Source: Pseudogymnoascus verrucosus (Eukaryota). Taken from it: a DNA stretch of 64,000 nt. A program made the translations under genes and the position numbers. Each line of letters opens with the position of its first letter. The stretch's first letter is position 1. Shown here piece by piece: positions 12,894 to 26,135 of this stretch. The stretch lies in assembly GCA_001662655.1 (NCBI GenBank), contig KV460217.1; one strand, given 5' to 3'. Below the pieces are notes generated by a model. That model saw only the letters and a program-made list of their open reading frames with translations. It was not told the origin of the DNA and did no database searches.

Positions 12894-15477
12894 ATGGCGC
12901 AAATTGCCCTCCGACGCTGGTGGGCTCTTGCCCTCCTTCTGCTGATAAACGCCGTGCCGTATATTCAAGGACAGCAGTCGCCTTCGTGGGCCCAATATAT
13001 TATATCACCTCAGAGTCTCACCGTTCTACCTTCAGCGATCCTAGAAGACCGCACCGTTGGCGATGTTACCAACCCAAGTGCCTTGCTCACTAGTGGTGGT
13101 GATGTGACAACGCTGAAGAGAGCCGCCCCAGTAGCTCCACCTTCATGGCCAGCGGGAACGACAGCAGACGCTTCTAGCTTTCACCCGGAAAATCAAAATA
13201 ACGGCCAGACGCGGACGTATAACCCTAGCAATGCTATTGATGGAAACGAAGCGACCTTCTGGAACGACGACACAGTCGGTGCTTATCCTGATATCTTAAC
13301 ACTGACAATACCAACTGCGACTACTCTATCCGGCATAACAATTCTGTCAAGCTCGGACGGCGTTCCAGTGAAATTTACAGTAGAGGCTCTTCAGGGTGGC
13401 TCATGGGGCGCAGTTGCCACTGTCAGCGACAATGCCGCAGTCTTGATCCAGGTCCCATTCGCTGCGCCCGTTAATGCGAAAGGGATCCGTATTACCGTAA
13501 CTCAAGCTCAGGCGACTGGCCAGGGAGAATACACGAGGATTGCAGAAGTCTGGCCTGGTATAGTTGCTGGACAATTGGCCCCTGCGGTTGTTCTTGACTT
13601 TGGGAAAGTAGTCGTTGGAAAGCTCTCTATCAAATTTGCTGGCGCATCGACCAACAACCCGGGCATACGATTGGCATTTTCAGAGACAACACAATACTTA
13701 TCGGACCTAAGCGATTTCTCGCGGTCGAACAATGTTAGTTTGGGAGCCCACTTTGAAGCATGCTGTACTGACCGTTTAGGGGGATACCATTACACCTGGT
13801 TCGGACCAGATTGCTGTCAAGTCTGATCCATACACTTGGACTGATAATCACGGGTGTGAGGATGGCACGAAAGTATGCGCTGATGGCTTGCACGGCTTCA
13901 GATATGTTAAAATCTACCTTGACGCGCTTGCTGCCGATGCTCCAAATACCGAGGCTTCTGGATCCGTGTCTATCGATTCAGTCTCCCTTGCATTCTCAGC
14001 GTATCTAGGGACAGAAGACACCTACTCCGGCAATTTTGAGTGCTCTGATGCTGCACTGAACGAATTTTGGTACGCCGCGGTTTATACTAACGATCTTTGC
14101 ACTGATACATTCCGACTTGAAGACACAGAGCCAAGGAATGCCGGAAGTCCCACCCTTGTTGGCAAGGAGGTGCTTTTCGACGGGGCCAAGCGTGACCGTG
14201 ATCCCTATGTTGGAGATTTAGCTGTCGCCGCCAGAACGTTGTATCTCACGCATAACTTTAGCATTGCAGCTGAGAACGTTTTAGCAGATTTGGCGGATCA
14301 CCAAAGGAGCGACGGCTGGATCCCTCCAGCATCTATCAACAACTACCAGCTACAGCTATTGGATTACCCCCTCCACTGGGTGACCTGTACCTACGATCTG
14401 ATCGTATACACATCAAGCGATGCTTACGCAGCAAAGTACTATCCAACAATTTTAAAGGTGCTGGACAACTTTTACCCCTCCATGACAGACAGCGCCACAG
14501 GCCTCATCAACAAACCAGATGACTCGCCATATGGAGACTATGCCTTCCTCAACCGCCATGGCTTGATCACGTACTACAACGCACTCTATGTCCAAGCACT
14601 CAGAAATGCCGCCAGCATCGCAACCTTTTATAACCACCCCGATGACGCCAAGCGCTGGACGGAGCGTGCCCAAACCGTCTCCGACGCTATCAACGCCCAT
14701 CTTTGGGACGCCAGCGTTGGCGCCTATTTCGACTCCTCGAAAACGACCAATCACGGCCAAGATGGTAACGGTCTCGCGGTCTTGAATGGAATTGCCGACA
14801 GCACTCGATCAGCTTCAGCCCTCAAGTACTGGGCCTCCCTCGCCCTGCCCTACGGCAACCCTTTCTTCGACTCAGATGTCATCGGCGGCGGTTTCTCCAA
14901 GCGCGTGTACGCTTTCATCTCATACTTTGAGCTACAAGCGCGTTTTGCCTCCGGAGCAGGCGACTCTGCCATCGAGGAGATCAAGCGCCTGTACGGGTGG
15001 ATGGCGACGCACGACCCGAAGAGCACGTTCTGGGAGGGTATTGGGACAGATGGCTCGATGTATGAGGCGGGGTTCACGAGCGCGACGCATGGCTGGAGCA
15101 CAGGCATCGTGCCTCTGATGTCTAACTACGTGTTGGGGATCTTGCCGACGGCACCAGCGTTCACGGAATGGACCGTCAAGCCGATGCTTGTAGGGGGGAT
15201 TACGTGGGCGAAGGGGCAGGTGGACACGCCTCATGGGCCGTTGGTGGTGGATTGGACGACGGAGAATGCGAATTCACAGTTCCAGATTACGGTTACGGTG
15301 CCAAAGGGCACGAAGGGGACCGTCTCGGTGCCGGTGAGCAGTGAGAAGGTGATGGTAGCTGTAAATTCGAAGCTGGTGTATGCGGTGGGAAGGAGGGCAT
15401 TTAATCCGAAGTACAAGGATGGCCACGTTACAGTGCAGCTCGATGATGGGAAGCACGTTATTACGGCGTCGAAGTAG
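12894..15477 (+). CDS. Secreted alpha-L-rhamnosidase (GH78) with an inserted F5/8 type C (CBM32-like) module
   Basis: Signal peptide; GH78 motifs HGFRYV, LFDGAKRDRDPYVGD, TFWE and SATHGWSTG; F5/8-like NAIDGNEATFW...RITVT..RIAEV. Intron 13734-13779. Confidence 0.9.
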
Positions 15478-16218
15478 TTCAGAGTGTACATATGGATTGG
15501 ATAAATATATAGTATATTGACAATGCCCACTCGTGAAAACCTCTACACAACTGACCATAAGGGACGTATAGCCAACTATCGATCATCCAACCCGACATGT
15601 CCATCTCACGCTCTCCATCTGACCCCTCGCAGGTCAGCCCACACTCAATGTCGCGACGTCAAAACAAGTTTCCAAGCCCGCGCCTCAATCTATACCCATA
15701 GTGCCGTGGCGGCGCCCATCTCATATGTGCGGTTTAGGCTAAAATACCGACCCCTGAGCGTACGTGTGTGTGTGATATACATTGGATTTATGCGTTCTTG
15801 GCGGAAGGTTCCGAGGGTTTTCTGGGGAGCATTGATATTTAATAAGGGCGGGTAATGCATAGTGGCGCAATAGTGGGTGGGTAACATTGGAGGGGTATAA
15901 AGCTTCTATTTATGAGAGAAGCTGACCTTCATGGTTCTGCTGTTAATACGCGGTGGTGGCGGGTAAGTTATCCTGGAAAGAAACATGACGTGGGACGAGC
16001 GATATTAGCAGTTTGAACCTGATCTAGATCCATGGCTTCCCTCATCTTTCTATCAGCCACTGCACGCCTTGAGTTTCATAAACATATTTATATGTACGGT
16101 TCAAAGTTAACTACAAGAAGATAGCCCCATTCATCCCGCCCATGTTTCGTCACCCGACACTCAAGGGCAATCAGTGATGCCATTCCACCAGCTACCCTGT
16201 GGCATGCTCATAGACACT

Positions 16219-17019
<801 letters not shown>

Positions 17020-17043
17020 TCAATTGAGCGGGCTTTCCTTTCC

Positions 17044-17261
17044 TTATATACATCTTGCTGCATCACGATTGTCTCCATTCAAGCTGGCTCAATTGCCTAA
17101 AAGGCATGAGGCCTAATCTACCCTTGCCGGGGCTGGCTCCCCACGAAGTAAAGAGGACTCGATTTATCCATTGTCTGCCGGTAGTCCGTTTATGTTGCAT
17201 CGGGCGTGACCAGTGCCGATCATCACTACCGGACTGCCTCTATTTAATATGCGGGGTGGAG
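17044..17261 (-). promoter_or_regulatory. Xylanase promoter: TATA box and putative CreA (SYGGRG) sites
   Basis: TATATAA on the minus strand at 17044-17050. SYGGRG matches at 17127, 17139 (reverse), 17251 and 17256. These are short motifs and function is inferred. Confidence 0.4.
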
Positions 17262-18155
17262 GGGGTGCAATCTATATACGTCAGCTACCCCAACTCCCCT
17301 GAAACACGCCAATAGGGAAGGATGACGTTGGAGATCCGCCCCTGAAGGAGGCTGATGCCGAGAACTGAGGAATCCAAGAAACTTCTAGTCGTGATCTAGC
17401 GGATAATAGGATAAATGTTGGAAGTTTAGTCGTGTAAACCAGCCCCGTGCCGTAGTGCCGATATGGACGAATGGTGATGAGATTGGGTTTGGTGTGTTGC
17501 TTTAACACGCATGAATGAGGAAAGTATCAGGTTGATCGGGTGGGGCCTTGTGCGTCTTCCCGAGTCTTCTTTTCAGTGGCTCGCAAGGCGGTAGGAAGGT
17601 GGGGTACTGTGTGATATAAAGATGTAGAATTTAGGATAAGTTATTAGCATATTCTATTCAATGATGTGATGGCAAGGAGGTTGCCGTAGTTGCTGAAAGA
17701 GCAGTATATCACAAATATATCTCACAAATAGATCTTGCAATTGGTCGCTTGTTTTACATGGGTAACTTGCCGCACACTTTCTAACCCTTCTGCACCCAAC
17801 CCCATAGCCATAATTCTCGAAGCTGCCGTCTTCATCTATAACATATGGGAATATTCGAATTGCCTTCTCAGTACATACTGACATAAATTATAATATGAAG
17901 CGTTACATACGCCACGGCGTTTCCAGTATCGCGTACGATAAGCGGTCTGGTTTACAACACGAGCGAACGTGATGTGGCCCGCCGAATTCGGAAGTTGGTG
18001 CCTTGAGCTTGGTTTCGCTATGAAGAAAGGCAACAGCAAACTCATCTCCATATACTTACTACATAGACCCTAAAATGAATCAAAAAATCAGTTAACACTT
18101 TATGGCTACTTAAACTTACGTCGAACATTTGCGTTGCGCGTCGCCCCGTCAGGCC

Positions 18156-20384
18156 ATGTCGCGGACACCATTCAAGCCATATTGGAGGCCTGTCGGAGGG
18201 CCTATATTGGGAGACCCAACGGAACCTTACTCATGGGCGTTTTTTGCCGTAGCACAGATCGGCGGCCGCCACCGTCCTGTTGCCGTTGTCTCGAGCCTAG
18301 TCGACAATAGCAATGAGGACGAGACAGTGCTACGAGGATACCCTCTCACTGCGGCATGTCATCGCGTCATTACTATCTTCTCAGACCAAGCAAACCACCG
18401 CGCCATCCGCGCCGAGCTTACTCTCGCTTCTGGATATTATGTGAGAGATGGCAACCGCGAGTACAGCCCAGAGCTGGTGGAGCTACCGGACTTCAACCGC
18501 AGGGATTTCAATCCCAGCGGTCGCAGAAGAAGCTGGTACCATACCAGTGTGCGCGAGTTTCCCTTCATCTCGGCTTGTCTTCTTCAGGGCGTCGCTTTTG
18601 ACACCGAGCAAGAGCTCGCGCGTCCAGCATTTCCGGAACCACTTGGCACGGTATATCGCGACACAAGCATTGAATGGGGAATGGTGGTCATTGATATTAC
18701 CAACTTAGATGCCATTAGCTATGGTATTGTCGGCTTTAGGGTGGGACCTATGACCTTCATTGGGTCACGAAATCACGAAAATCACCCACCAGATTATGAT
18801 GGTATTGGCTTCCACTTCGTACGTGGCACGCTCAGGGTCATGGATGAGGTGCGGCCCCGACGTGCCATGTCTGCAACTGAGTATATGACCGAGTTCGACC
18901 ATACCTCTTCGACAACGAATAATATCGACAGGCTAATAGCCAAGGTGCCTCTGATTAATGTGTCTGCCATGGATCTTGTCTGGCCGCCCAGTATAGAGGA
19001 AGACATTGAAATGTTACTAGGCATACTACTCGATGCCAATAAATCCGTATTGGACCAATACCAGGCTACCACAAACCTAATACAACGTGTTTTAGAGTTA
19101 AAAGAGCCTGATATATCCATTTTAAAACAGGTTCGCACCATGCCTCACTTCCAGGAGATATTTTCTCGTGCCTTGTTGCAAGACCCAGCTCGGCTTCTCA
19201 CCATGCACTCGTCTAATCGGCTTATTACAATGGCGTTTCTTGACGGGGAGCATCTCAGCTTGGAACAACTAAGCAATCTTCCTGTGGAGGCTATTTCGGC
19301 TATCCTCAGTGCGCCTAACATGGCTAAGGTCACGTCCATCAGTATTTGTATCGACAGAGTTCAAGGCAAGCCAGCCCAGCTTGCCCACGCACTATCACAA
19401 GTTGAGAGGCTTCGTAAGCTCTACTTCCTTCAAAGTCCTATCCGGGACAGTGATGCGCTAAGCGAGCAGCTGTTTGTGGAGCTGGCAACCTATCCTCAGA
19501 TATTACAACGCACAACTGTCATGTTTGCGGGCGCCTATTCAGCTGCCCAACGTATGAGGTCCTGGCTCCCAAGTTCCCCGACAGCTAATGGGGTCCAGGT
19601 GGCACCCCTTGACATCTTTCCCGTTCAGCAAATTCTCGTATTAGACCAAATGTATGAAACGAAGGATCGTATCTACGTCCACTTAGGCGATGCACTCCTT
19701 AAGCCAGAGCGCTTTGCCGCCGGCTTCTTAATCTATATACAATCACTACTAACATCAACGGACGAATATACAATTCAGCCACTGAATCTCTTCAGCTTCT
19801 CTAGCGCCCCATCGTTTCTTAATGACGACCCAGAAACTGCAGCCGAGATCAGCCCAATTCTTGCTGAAAGCTTTTCTGTTCCTGAATCTATGCCTCAAGG
19901 CAAAAATAGCAACAACCCATATCGTCGGCGCTGGGCACAGATGCGCGACTTAGACCCCAAGGGCTGGACAGTCATAGTGTCGCTGGAAACCCACAGTTCT
20001 TCTCGCGCCCTGCGAGCCCCATATGCATGCCACTGCATCCGATACGCGTTTATCCGTGCGCTCCAGCAACCTATCGTAGTCAATCAGCCTCGTCTAATAT
20101 CGCCAGGCCCGAAAGAACTTGAGGCAGTAGGGCTAAAAGATTTTTTGGATGCCATGGGAGCTGAGGTGGCTCATGACGTTATCGATCGCCGCATACAGCA
20201 AGTTGGGGAGAGAATAGCCAGAAAACCTTATGAAGGACCCCTTTTCCTCAAAGACCGTATATCAGTGTTACCCCAAGACGATGCGGCGGAAATTCTTCTA
20301 GGCTTTCTTGAGGACACTGTAGAAGTAAGGAATATTCTGAGTGCGGCAATGGAAGAAGACTCTGAAGATGAGCGTCGCGCCTAG
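18156..20384 (+). CDS. Uncharacterised ~740-aa fungal protein
   Basis: Long uninterrupted ORF, first ATG at 18156, globular-looking composition. No motif I can name. A short extra 3' exon after the CAG at 20441 is possible. Confidence 0.75.
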   Translation: MSRTPFKPYWRPVGGPILGDPTEPYSWAFFAVAQIGGRHRPVAVVSSLVDNSNEDETVLRGYPLTAACHRVITIFSDQANHRAIRAELTLASGYYVRDGNREYSPELVELPDFNRRDFNPSGRRRSWYHTSVREFPFISACLLQGVAFDTEQELARPAFPEPLGTVYRDTSIEWGMVVIDITNLDAISYGIVGFRVGPMTFIGSRNHENHPPDYDGIGFHFVRGTLRVMDEVRPRRAMSATEYMTEFDHTSSTTNNIDRLIAKVPLINVSAMDLVWPPSIEEDIEMLLGILLDANKSVLDQYQATTNLIQRVLELKEPDISILKQVRTMPHFQEIFSRALLQDPARLLTMHSSNRLITMAFLDGEHLSLEQLSNLPVEAISAILSAPNMAKVTSISICIDRVQGKPAQLAHALSQVERLRKLYFLQSPIRDSDALSEQLFVELATYPQILQRTTVMFAGAYSAAQRMRSWLPSSPTANGVQVAPLDIFPVQQILVLDQMYETKDRIYVHLGDALLKPERFAAGFLIYIQSLLTSTDEYTIQPLNLFSFSSAPSFLNDDPETAAEISPILAESFSVPESMPQGKNSNNPYRRRWAQMRDLDPKGWTVIVSLETHSSSRALRAPYACHCIRYAFIRALQQPIVVNQPRLISPGPKELEAVGLKDFLDAMGAEVAHDVIDRRIQQVGERIARKPYEGPLFLKDRISVLPQDDAAEILLGFLEDTVEVRNILSAAMEEDSEDERRA

Positions 20385-21049
20385 TTTGATCACCTTGCAA
20401 TTGTATTGTAGACGATATATTTAACCTATCCTGCACTGCAGAACAAAACATGTATACAGAGTTTCTCGGGGGCCAGGTTAATGCTAGCTAGACGGACGGT
20501 AGAATCTATATGCATGTGAAATAAGTCAGTTGATGTTGGAATGAGTCGTATGCTCGGTTCGGCCGCATGTTTTAAAAAGTTAGCCAGCCCATGACCTACT
20601 AAAGCAGTGGATGCAGACGTATATCGAGTCCTACGGCTTCCGCTAAATTACTTTGTTTCAGCGAAATTAAAGTGAGTCCGAAGGTATGAGTGACCTATTC
20701 GATAGGTACGTATGACTGGGTGGTGTCATACTTTGTTGTAAAAGGATTGTAAAAGCAAAGCGGCAGGATGGTAAAGATGGCAAGGACGGCTACACTATAA
20801 TACGTAGACAGCCCTAGTGCCCATTTACAGGTGAGGCATGTATTTCGCGATTGCCATCTCGGCAGTTTGTCCATGTTCCGCAGCTCAAACGGCTGGCTGT
20901 ACGGATTCTGTTTAGCCGACGCGAGAGCATCGCTTCACAGCCTGATTGTGCTCACTTCGCATCCAATCGTAGGCACGGTACCATGACGGATACAAGATAG
21001 GAGGAGCGACATGAACTCAATCAAGGCGGATTCAGCCGCATCCACTGAT

Positions 21050-22271
21050 CTAATCAATCCTTTCATTCACTATCACCGCTGTCTCTCCCCTTTTCTCCCC
21101 AACTACCCTCACTCCCCCCTCCCAGATCTCCACTTCCTCCCTCCCTCCCGGTCCCCACGCAGAAAAAACCACCTTCAACCATCTCCTCCCTCCCCCCCTT
21201 CCAACCGCGACCCGACACGCCAACTGATTCGTCCACACCAACCCCAAACTCGGCGTCTTCATCCCACCCACCTTCTCCCAATCTTCCCCATCCCCCCACC
21301 CCGTAAAAAACCTCATCTGCCCATCCAGCGTCAACCTCTCTCTGCGCCCCTGACTCTCTGCCCACGAGCCCCGCGGAGGACCCTCCCCCACACTCAACGG
21401 TGCGAAACGATCAGCAACTTGATTTGACACCACCACCGCAACGCTCTCACTCCTCGCAATGCCCCTTAGCAACGCACCTAGCCCCACTAGCTCCGCCGTC
21501 CGGCGCGCCATATTCGCGCCATGCGCCGCCCCCCCCCCGTCGCCGCGCTCGAACTCGGCACGAAAGTTTGCGGCGACAGAGTCGATGACTACCAGCCCGA
21601 CGTTATGGCGGCGGATGGCGAGGGGGAGCTGGAACCGTAGGATGTGGTCTTGTGTCTCGAGGTCGCGGGCGGGGATGGTGAGGACGCGCGAGAGGGAGGT
21701 GTCTGCGAGGATGGGGTGTGCAGCGCGGAGCTGGGCGAGGCGGGTGGTGGGGAGGGAGGATTCGGTGGTGATGTATATTGCGGAGCGGTTGAGGCCGTGA
21801 GGGGATGGGAGTTGCACGGTGAGTAGGAGGAGGAGAAGGAGCTGGGTTTTGCCAGAGCCGCTGTTGGGGTTAGTTATGGCTTGAATTCATGGGGGTGGGG
21901 TGCTACCTTTCGCCGGTTACCTCGGTGATATATCCTGCAGGGAAGCCACCGCTCAGGAGACTATCAAGGTTTGGATCGAGGGTGCTGATCGCATCCCACT
22001 TCTTCGAAATCTCGTTCCCCCTACCTCGGAGCGAGGAGTGCGACGTCTCTAAGTCGTCGCCTGTGAGGCCGAGATCACGCTGGATAGCCTTGAGGACGTC
22101 GGTGCAGAGTCGCGTGACATCTTCGACGGGTATATTTGCGCGCTTGGCGAGGGCGGCGGGGTCAAGGGTTAGGAGATCAGTTGTGCTGACGCTCTGCCTC
22201 TCAAGTGAGGGGAGGAGATGGGCATATGGCGCTGTAGGAAAGGCGGGGAGAATGGACGAGAGGTCAGTCAT
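21050..22271 (-). CDS. RAD57: DNA repair protein RAD57 (XRCC3-like RecA/Rad51 paralog)
   Basis: MTDLSSILPAF start; Walker A GESGSGKTQ completed by intron 21861-21906; YITTESSLPTTRL, LVVIDSVAANFRAEF, AVVVSNQVADRF, PSLGLVWTNQ. Confidence 0.92.
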
Positions 22272-22469
22272 GGAGGCATCGAGAGTAGTATTGCCGGGAG
22301 CGAGGTTTCCTTTGCTGCGCCGGAGGGCGTGATCTGCTATCGCGGCTGCGACTGTGCCGACGACTTGACGTGGACAAACCGCGATGTGGTGGCGCGTGAG
22401 CACGTGATCGTATTTTGGTTTTGTGCTAAACTACATTAGTTGGATTTGAGCTTCGAGCTGTAGTCTACA

Positions 22470-22830
22470 CAGATAATATTTAATCTTTGTAAAAGCGCAC
22501 TAGTTCGAAACATCCCTAACCAAGCTGTGGTTTGCTATAAAGGTAATAAATACTCCCTATCAGATAAAGTTGTTAAATTTGAGGTTTTAATGCCTATTAA
22601 AATTTATGAGTTTTTCCGTTATTGTGTGAAAATGATAATATAAGTGACACCCAAAATTATGAGGAGACATGTAAAACAGCACTACTTTAAAGAAACTGTA
22701 AGTGAAATAAATGCTATTATTTAGGATTATAATTTTCTGAACGGGTTGCTTCAAGACAGCCAAAAAGATATTTTCCATATGCTTAAATACTGGCATCAAT
22801 TATCATATCATAACCATCCCATCTGAGACT
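22470..22830. other. AT-rich, TpA-rich island; probable RIP-degraded relic
   Basis: Abrupt AT richness. The + frame from 22572 is protein-like and broken only by a TAA and a TAG. Confidence 0.4.
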
Positions 22831-23047
22831 TTTGGGCGGCACGAGTAACCCTCTAGGTTCTCGTGGTTTTATCTCAGATATCCCAACAAAAATATTCATA
22901 CATCGTATATTTCGTTCTCTCATTGATTTCAAGAGTCGAGCCATCAATCCTTTGTTTTATTGTTAGCGGCCAGAAACATCCGGGGAACCTTCATACCAAC
23001 CATCAGGTCGTGCCTCTGAGCTATAGCCCCTGAGACGCCTCCGCCTT

Positions 23048-24132
23048 TCATACACCACCTAAACCCCGATGCTCCTTCTCCTCTCTCCACACCTTATTCT
23101 CAATCTCCAAGCTTTTTTGCACCCACTTCGTCGTAATCAGCGTCCACACCGCCGCCCACCCAAACGGCACCGTCCACCCAATAACATACGCGGCATTCCT
23201 CGACAGCGTAAAAATCATTGCCGTCGACGCCGTCGCAATCGCCAGCGCGCCCGTCGCCCAAAACAGCGTTAAGCGATGCAACATCTTCCGAAACGGCTTA
23301 CTCGCCATATACCTTAAATTCAGACGCTGGCGGAACTCGGTACCCCCCGAGCCATCAACGGCGCATACGTCTTCGATAAAACTGTAGACGCCCGGGCGCA
23401 GAGGAACGCCGGCAGGGACAGAGGATATGCGAACGGGAGTGGGGATGCCGAGGAGGCGGAGGCCATCGACGAGGGCAAGCTCGAGGCCGAAGGCGAAGAC
23501 CATGCTGGGGACGGGCATGGCGAGGAGGCGGATGGGGGGTTCGCGGGGGATGGTGCCAATGATGAGCTCGATCATGACAGCGATCCAGGCGAGCGAGAGG
23601 TTCCAGTGGAACCAGTCAAGCTGGGTGGGATTAGGTGGCTGTAGAGTAGAGGGGTGGGGGGGTACTCACATACCACCGTCGTGCGCCGATGACACGGCAG
23701 GTGGAACCTTTTTTCCATAATCGGCGGAAGCGGATGAAATACTCGATGACGGAGACTATCCCTATAGCTCCTGTACTGATACTGAAAACTGCCTACATAT
23801 TAGTTCTTATCCCCATCCCCACAATAACAAAACTCACCTGCATTATGCGACAAGTGTGTCCCATACCACAGCCCGAAATACAACGCGAGAGGCATACAAA
23901 TACAATCGAGGAAGATCAAAAACCAGAAAATAGCAAGGCTCCATTTGCGTGTTCGAAGGGAGTAGTTAAGTGGCGGTGGTGCCGCAAAGTTAGGGTCGGT
24001 GTAGAGGACCTGCGTGGGGGCCTCTACGATTCGCGAGGACGCGTGTTCGAGGAACCCGCGTGTTGGAGCGACCGCATGAAGGGATTCCTCGGTTGATGGA
24101 GGTTTATGTCGTCGTTTCGTGAACCAGAGCAT
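23048..24132 (-). CDS. Conserved fungal multi-pass membrane protein of unknown function
   Basis: PPPLNYSLRTRKWSLAIFW, several TM helices, EDVCAVDGSGG..FR..LN.RY.AS..FR.ML. Introns 23793-23837 and 23621-23669. Confidence 0.85.
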
Positions 24133-25779
24133 TGTGCGGGGGTTGAGAGGGGCGAGGGAACATTGCGGATAGCGTGTCGGAGTTGTTTGGCTTGTGGTAG
24201 TTTGAATTTTGTGTAGACAAATTGTTCTGTAGTGTGTGATAAATGACGATGATATCGTGTGACGTCAAGACTAGATTGCCGCTATAAATATTAGAGTTGT
24301 GTACCTTCACACTCGAAATTTAGTGTAACGGTACTAATCCTCTTAGTCCGTATGCCTAAGCATGTTATTGGATAATACAACGTTCTGCCCATACAAACGC
24401 TATAAGGAGTAGTTGTGAAGTTATACATATTCCATGGTAAGAATGAGGAGCTAGATGAACGGCGGCATTATTAACTTTAGCAGTGACTTACTACACTAAC
24501 AACCCCACACAACCCCACACTTCCCCATGTTTGTTCCCCATATTCTGTGATGGAGAAGGCGATGCAGCTGAGCATCGTAAGTTAACCATATCGACCGACA
24601 ATGGGCTGACCACAGGTAAAAAATATAAAGCCCATCGTTGGTTCGTTTCAGTGCCGCTTTCTACCCTTTTCCTCCATTTTTAAGTAAACTATACTCCTGT
24701 ACTCCTCTCTTATCTGAACGTTTACCCGCACCTGAAACCACATATCAAACTGGCACCATGGCCACATCGGCTCCATCGATCCCTCTCACCAACATCGGAA
24801 AAAATGATGAAGAGACCCAAGTCCCAACCGAGTCTCCAGCTATACGCCAAGCTCGTCGGGAGCGAAGACTCGAAATATTCCCTATCCTCTTCGCCGTCTT
24901 CCTAGGTTGAGCCATCATCGGAGGCACCACCTGTGCACTTGCCCTTAGGGTCCAACGCGGCATCACCAACGCTGGCGGCCCTGTGAACCCCGGCGACCGC
25001 GAGCGCTGGGTGGAAGCAGCCCGCACCAAAGTCTACGACGCCTGTTACAACGGGTGCGATGCCAGCCCGAGCTGCGCCTCTGAAGCCTGCGCTAAGACGG
25101 CAGCGCTCAACGTCACTGGCGTCGTCTGTGATGCGAACTTGCTGTGGGATCAGAGGGATAGGTACCCGGTTCCGTGTCTGGAGGCTGTGGCGGAGATATA
25201 TAAGAGGAGGCGTTCGGGACCGAGAGACAGGAGCACTTGAATTTGCTTATTATGATGATTTTCATTGTACCTGGTGGCGCCCTATGCGGATTACTCGCAT
25301 GTCGTATCTTCCCGTGTAGTGTTGACGAACGCAGGCATAAAAAGCTGGAGAAGGCACGCCAGAACCTCGCCATCCAGCCGCAAAGGATTCCTTGTTATCG
25401 ACCCCCTCCACCGCTGCCGACGACGTCAGGAACTAGGACTGGAAATACAACTACGCCATTGCAAAAGAAGGTATCACCACCGCCAAAGGCACCAAAGAAG
25501 ATGGCACCGCGTAGTCCTAGTTTGGACCAGTTATCCCTTGAAACACTCGTAAATGATGCAGCTACCCCAACACCGGCTACGACCCCATCGTCAGCCAGTA
25601 CTTTGTCGACGTCAACCGAACCTCCATTGGTGTAGTTCATGGTTCATGGCCGGATGTCGAACTGCTACCATAGCAGGCGCCACACTAAAACAAATATGAA
25701 TCTACTAGACTGGGTCAACGACGTTTTACCGAGCGTTGTTGGATGCGGTTTTAAATTAACTCATGCTATAGAGGAGGCG

Positions 25780-26135
25780 AAGCATGATGAATGCATGCGC
25801 AAGTGTATAATTTTTACGACGCTGTCTCATTTTTTTCTGTATCCCTTTCTTAACTGTTGCTTTTTGTTTAGATTTTAATGTTTTTGATTTGTATTAGACG
25901 AATCTTAGTTGTCTTCTAGTAATAAGAATAAATACATGATTATGTTTAGAGTTTAGGGGCCTCTTAAGATGTTAAGAACTGTAGGAGGGCAAGAACGATG
26001 GATGGGAATTCAAGAAGGAAGGAGCGATGGCTAGGAATTTAGGAAGGAAGGGGCGATGGCTAGGAATTTAGAAAGGAAAGAACGATGGCTAGGAACTCAA
26101 GAAGGAAAATAACGATGGTTAGGAACTTAGGATAG
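25780..26135. mobile_element. AT-rich insertion (possible degenerate TE remnant) interrupting the pseudogene
   Basis: Absent from the paralog, which reads EAVEGDTNLRI contiguously. T-rich left part and minisatellite right part. No TIR or TSD recognised. Confidence 0.45.
25985..26128 (+). repeat. Minisatellite, ~5 copies of a 29-30 bp unit (approx. AAGAAGGAARGRRCGATGGCTAGGAAYTY)
   Basis: The core CGATGG(C/A/T)T(A/G)GGAA recurs five times with ~29-30 bp period. Confidence 0.9.

Noticed and set aside
25985..26128. CRISPR-like appearance of ~29-bp repeats
   Set aside because: Units are contiguous with no unique spacers, there are no cas genes and the context is eukaryotic. It is a minisatellite.
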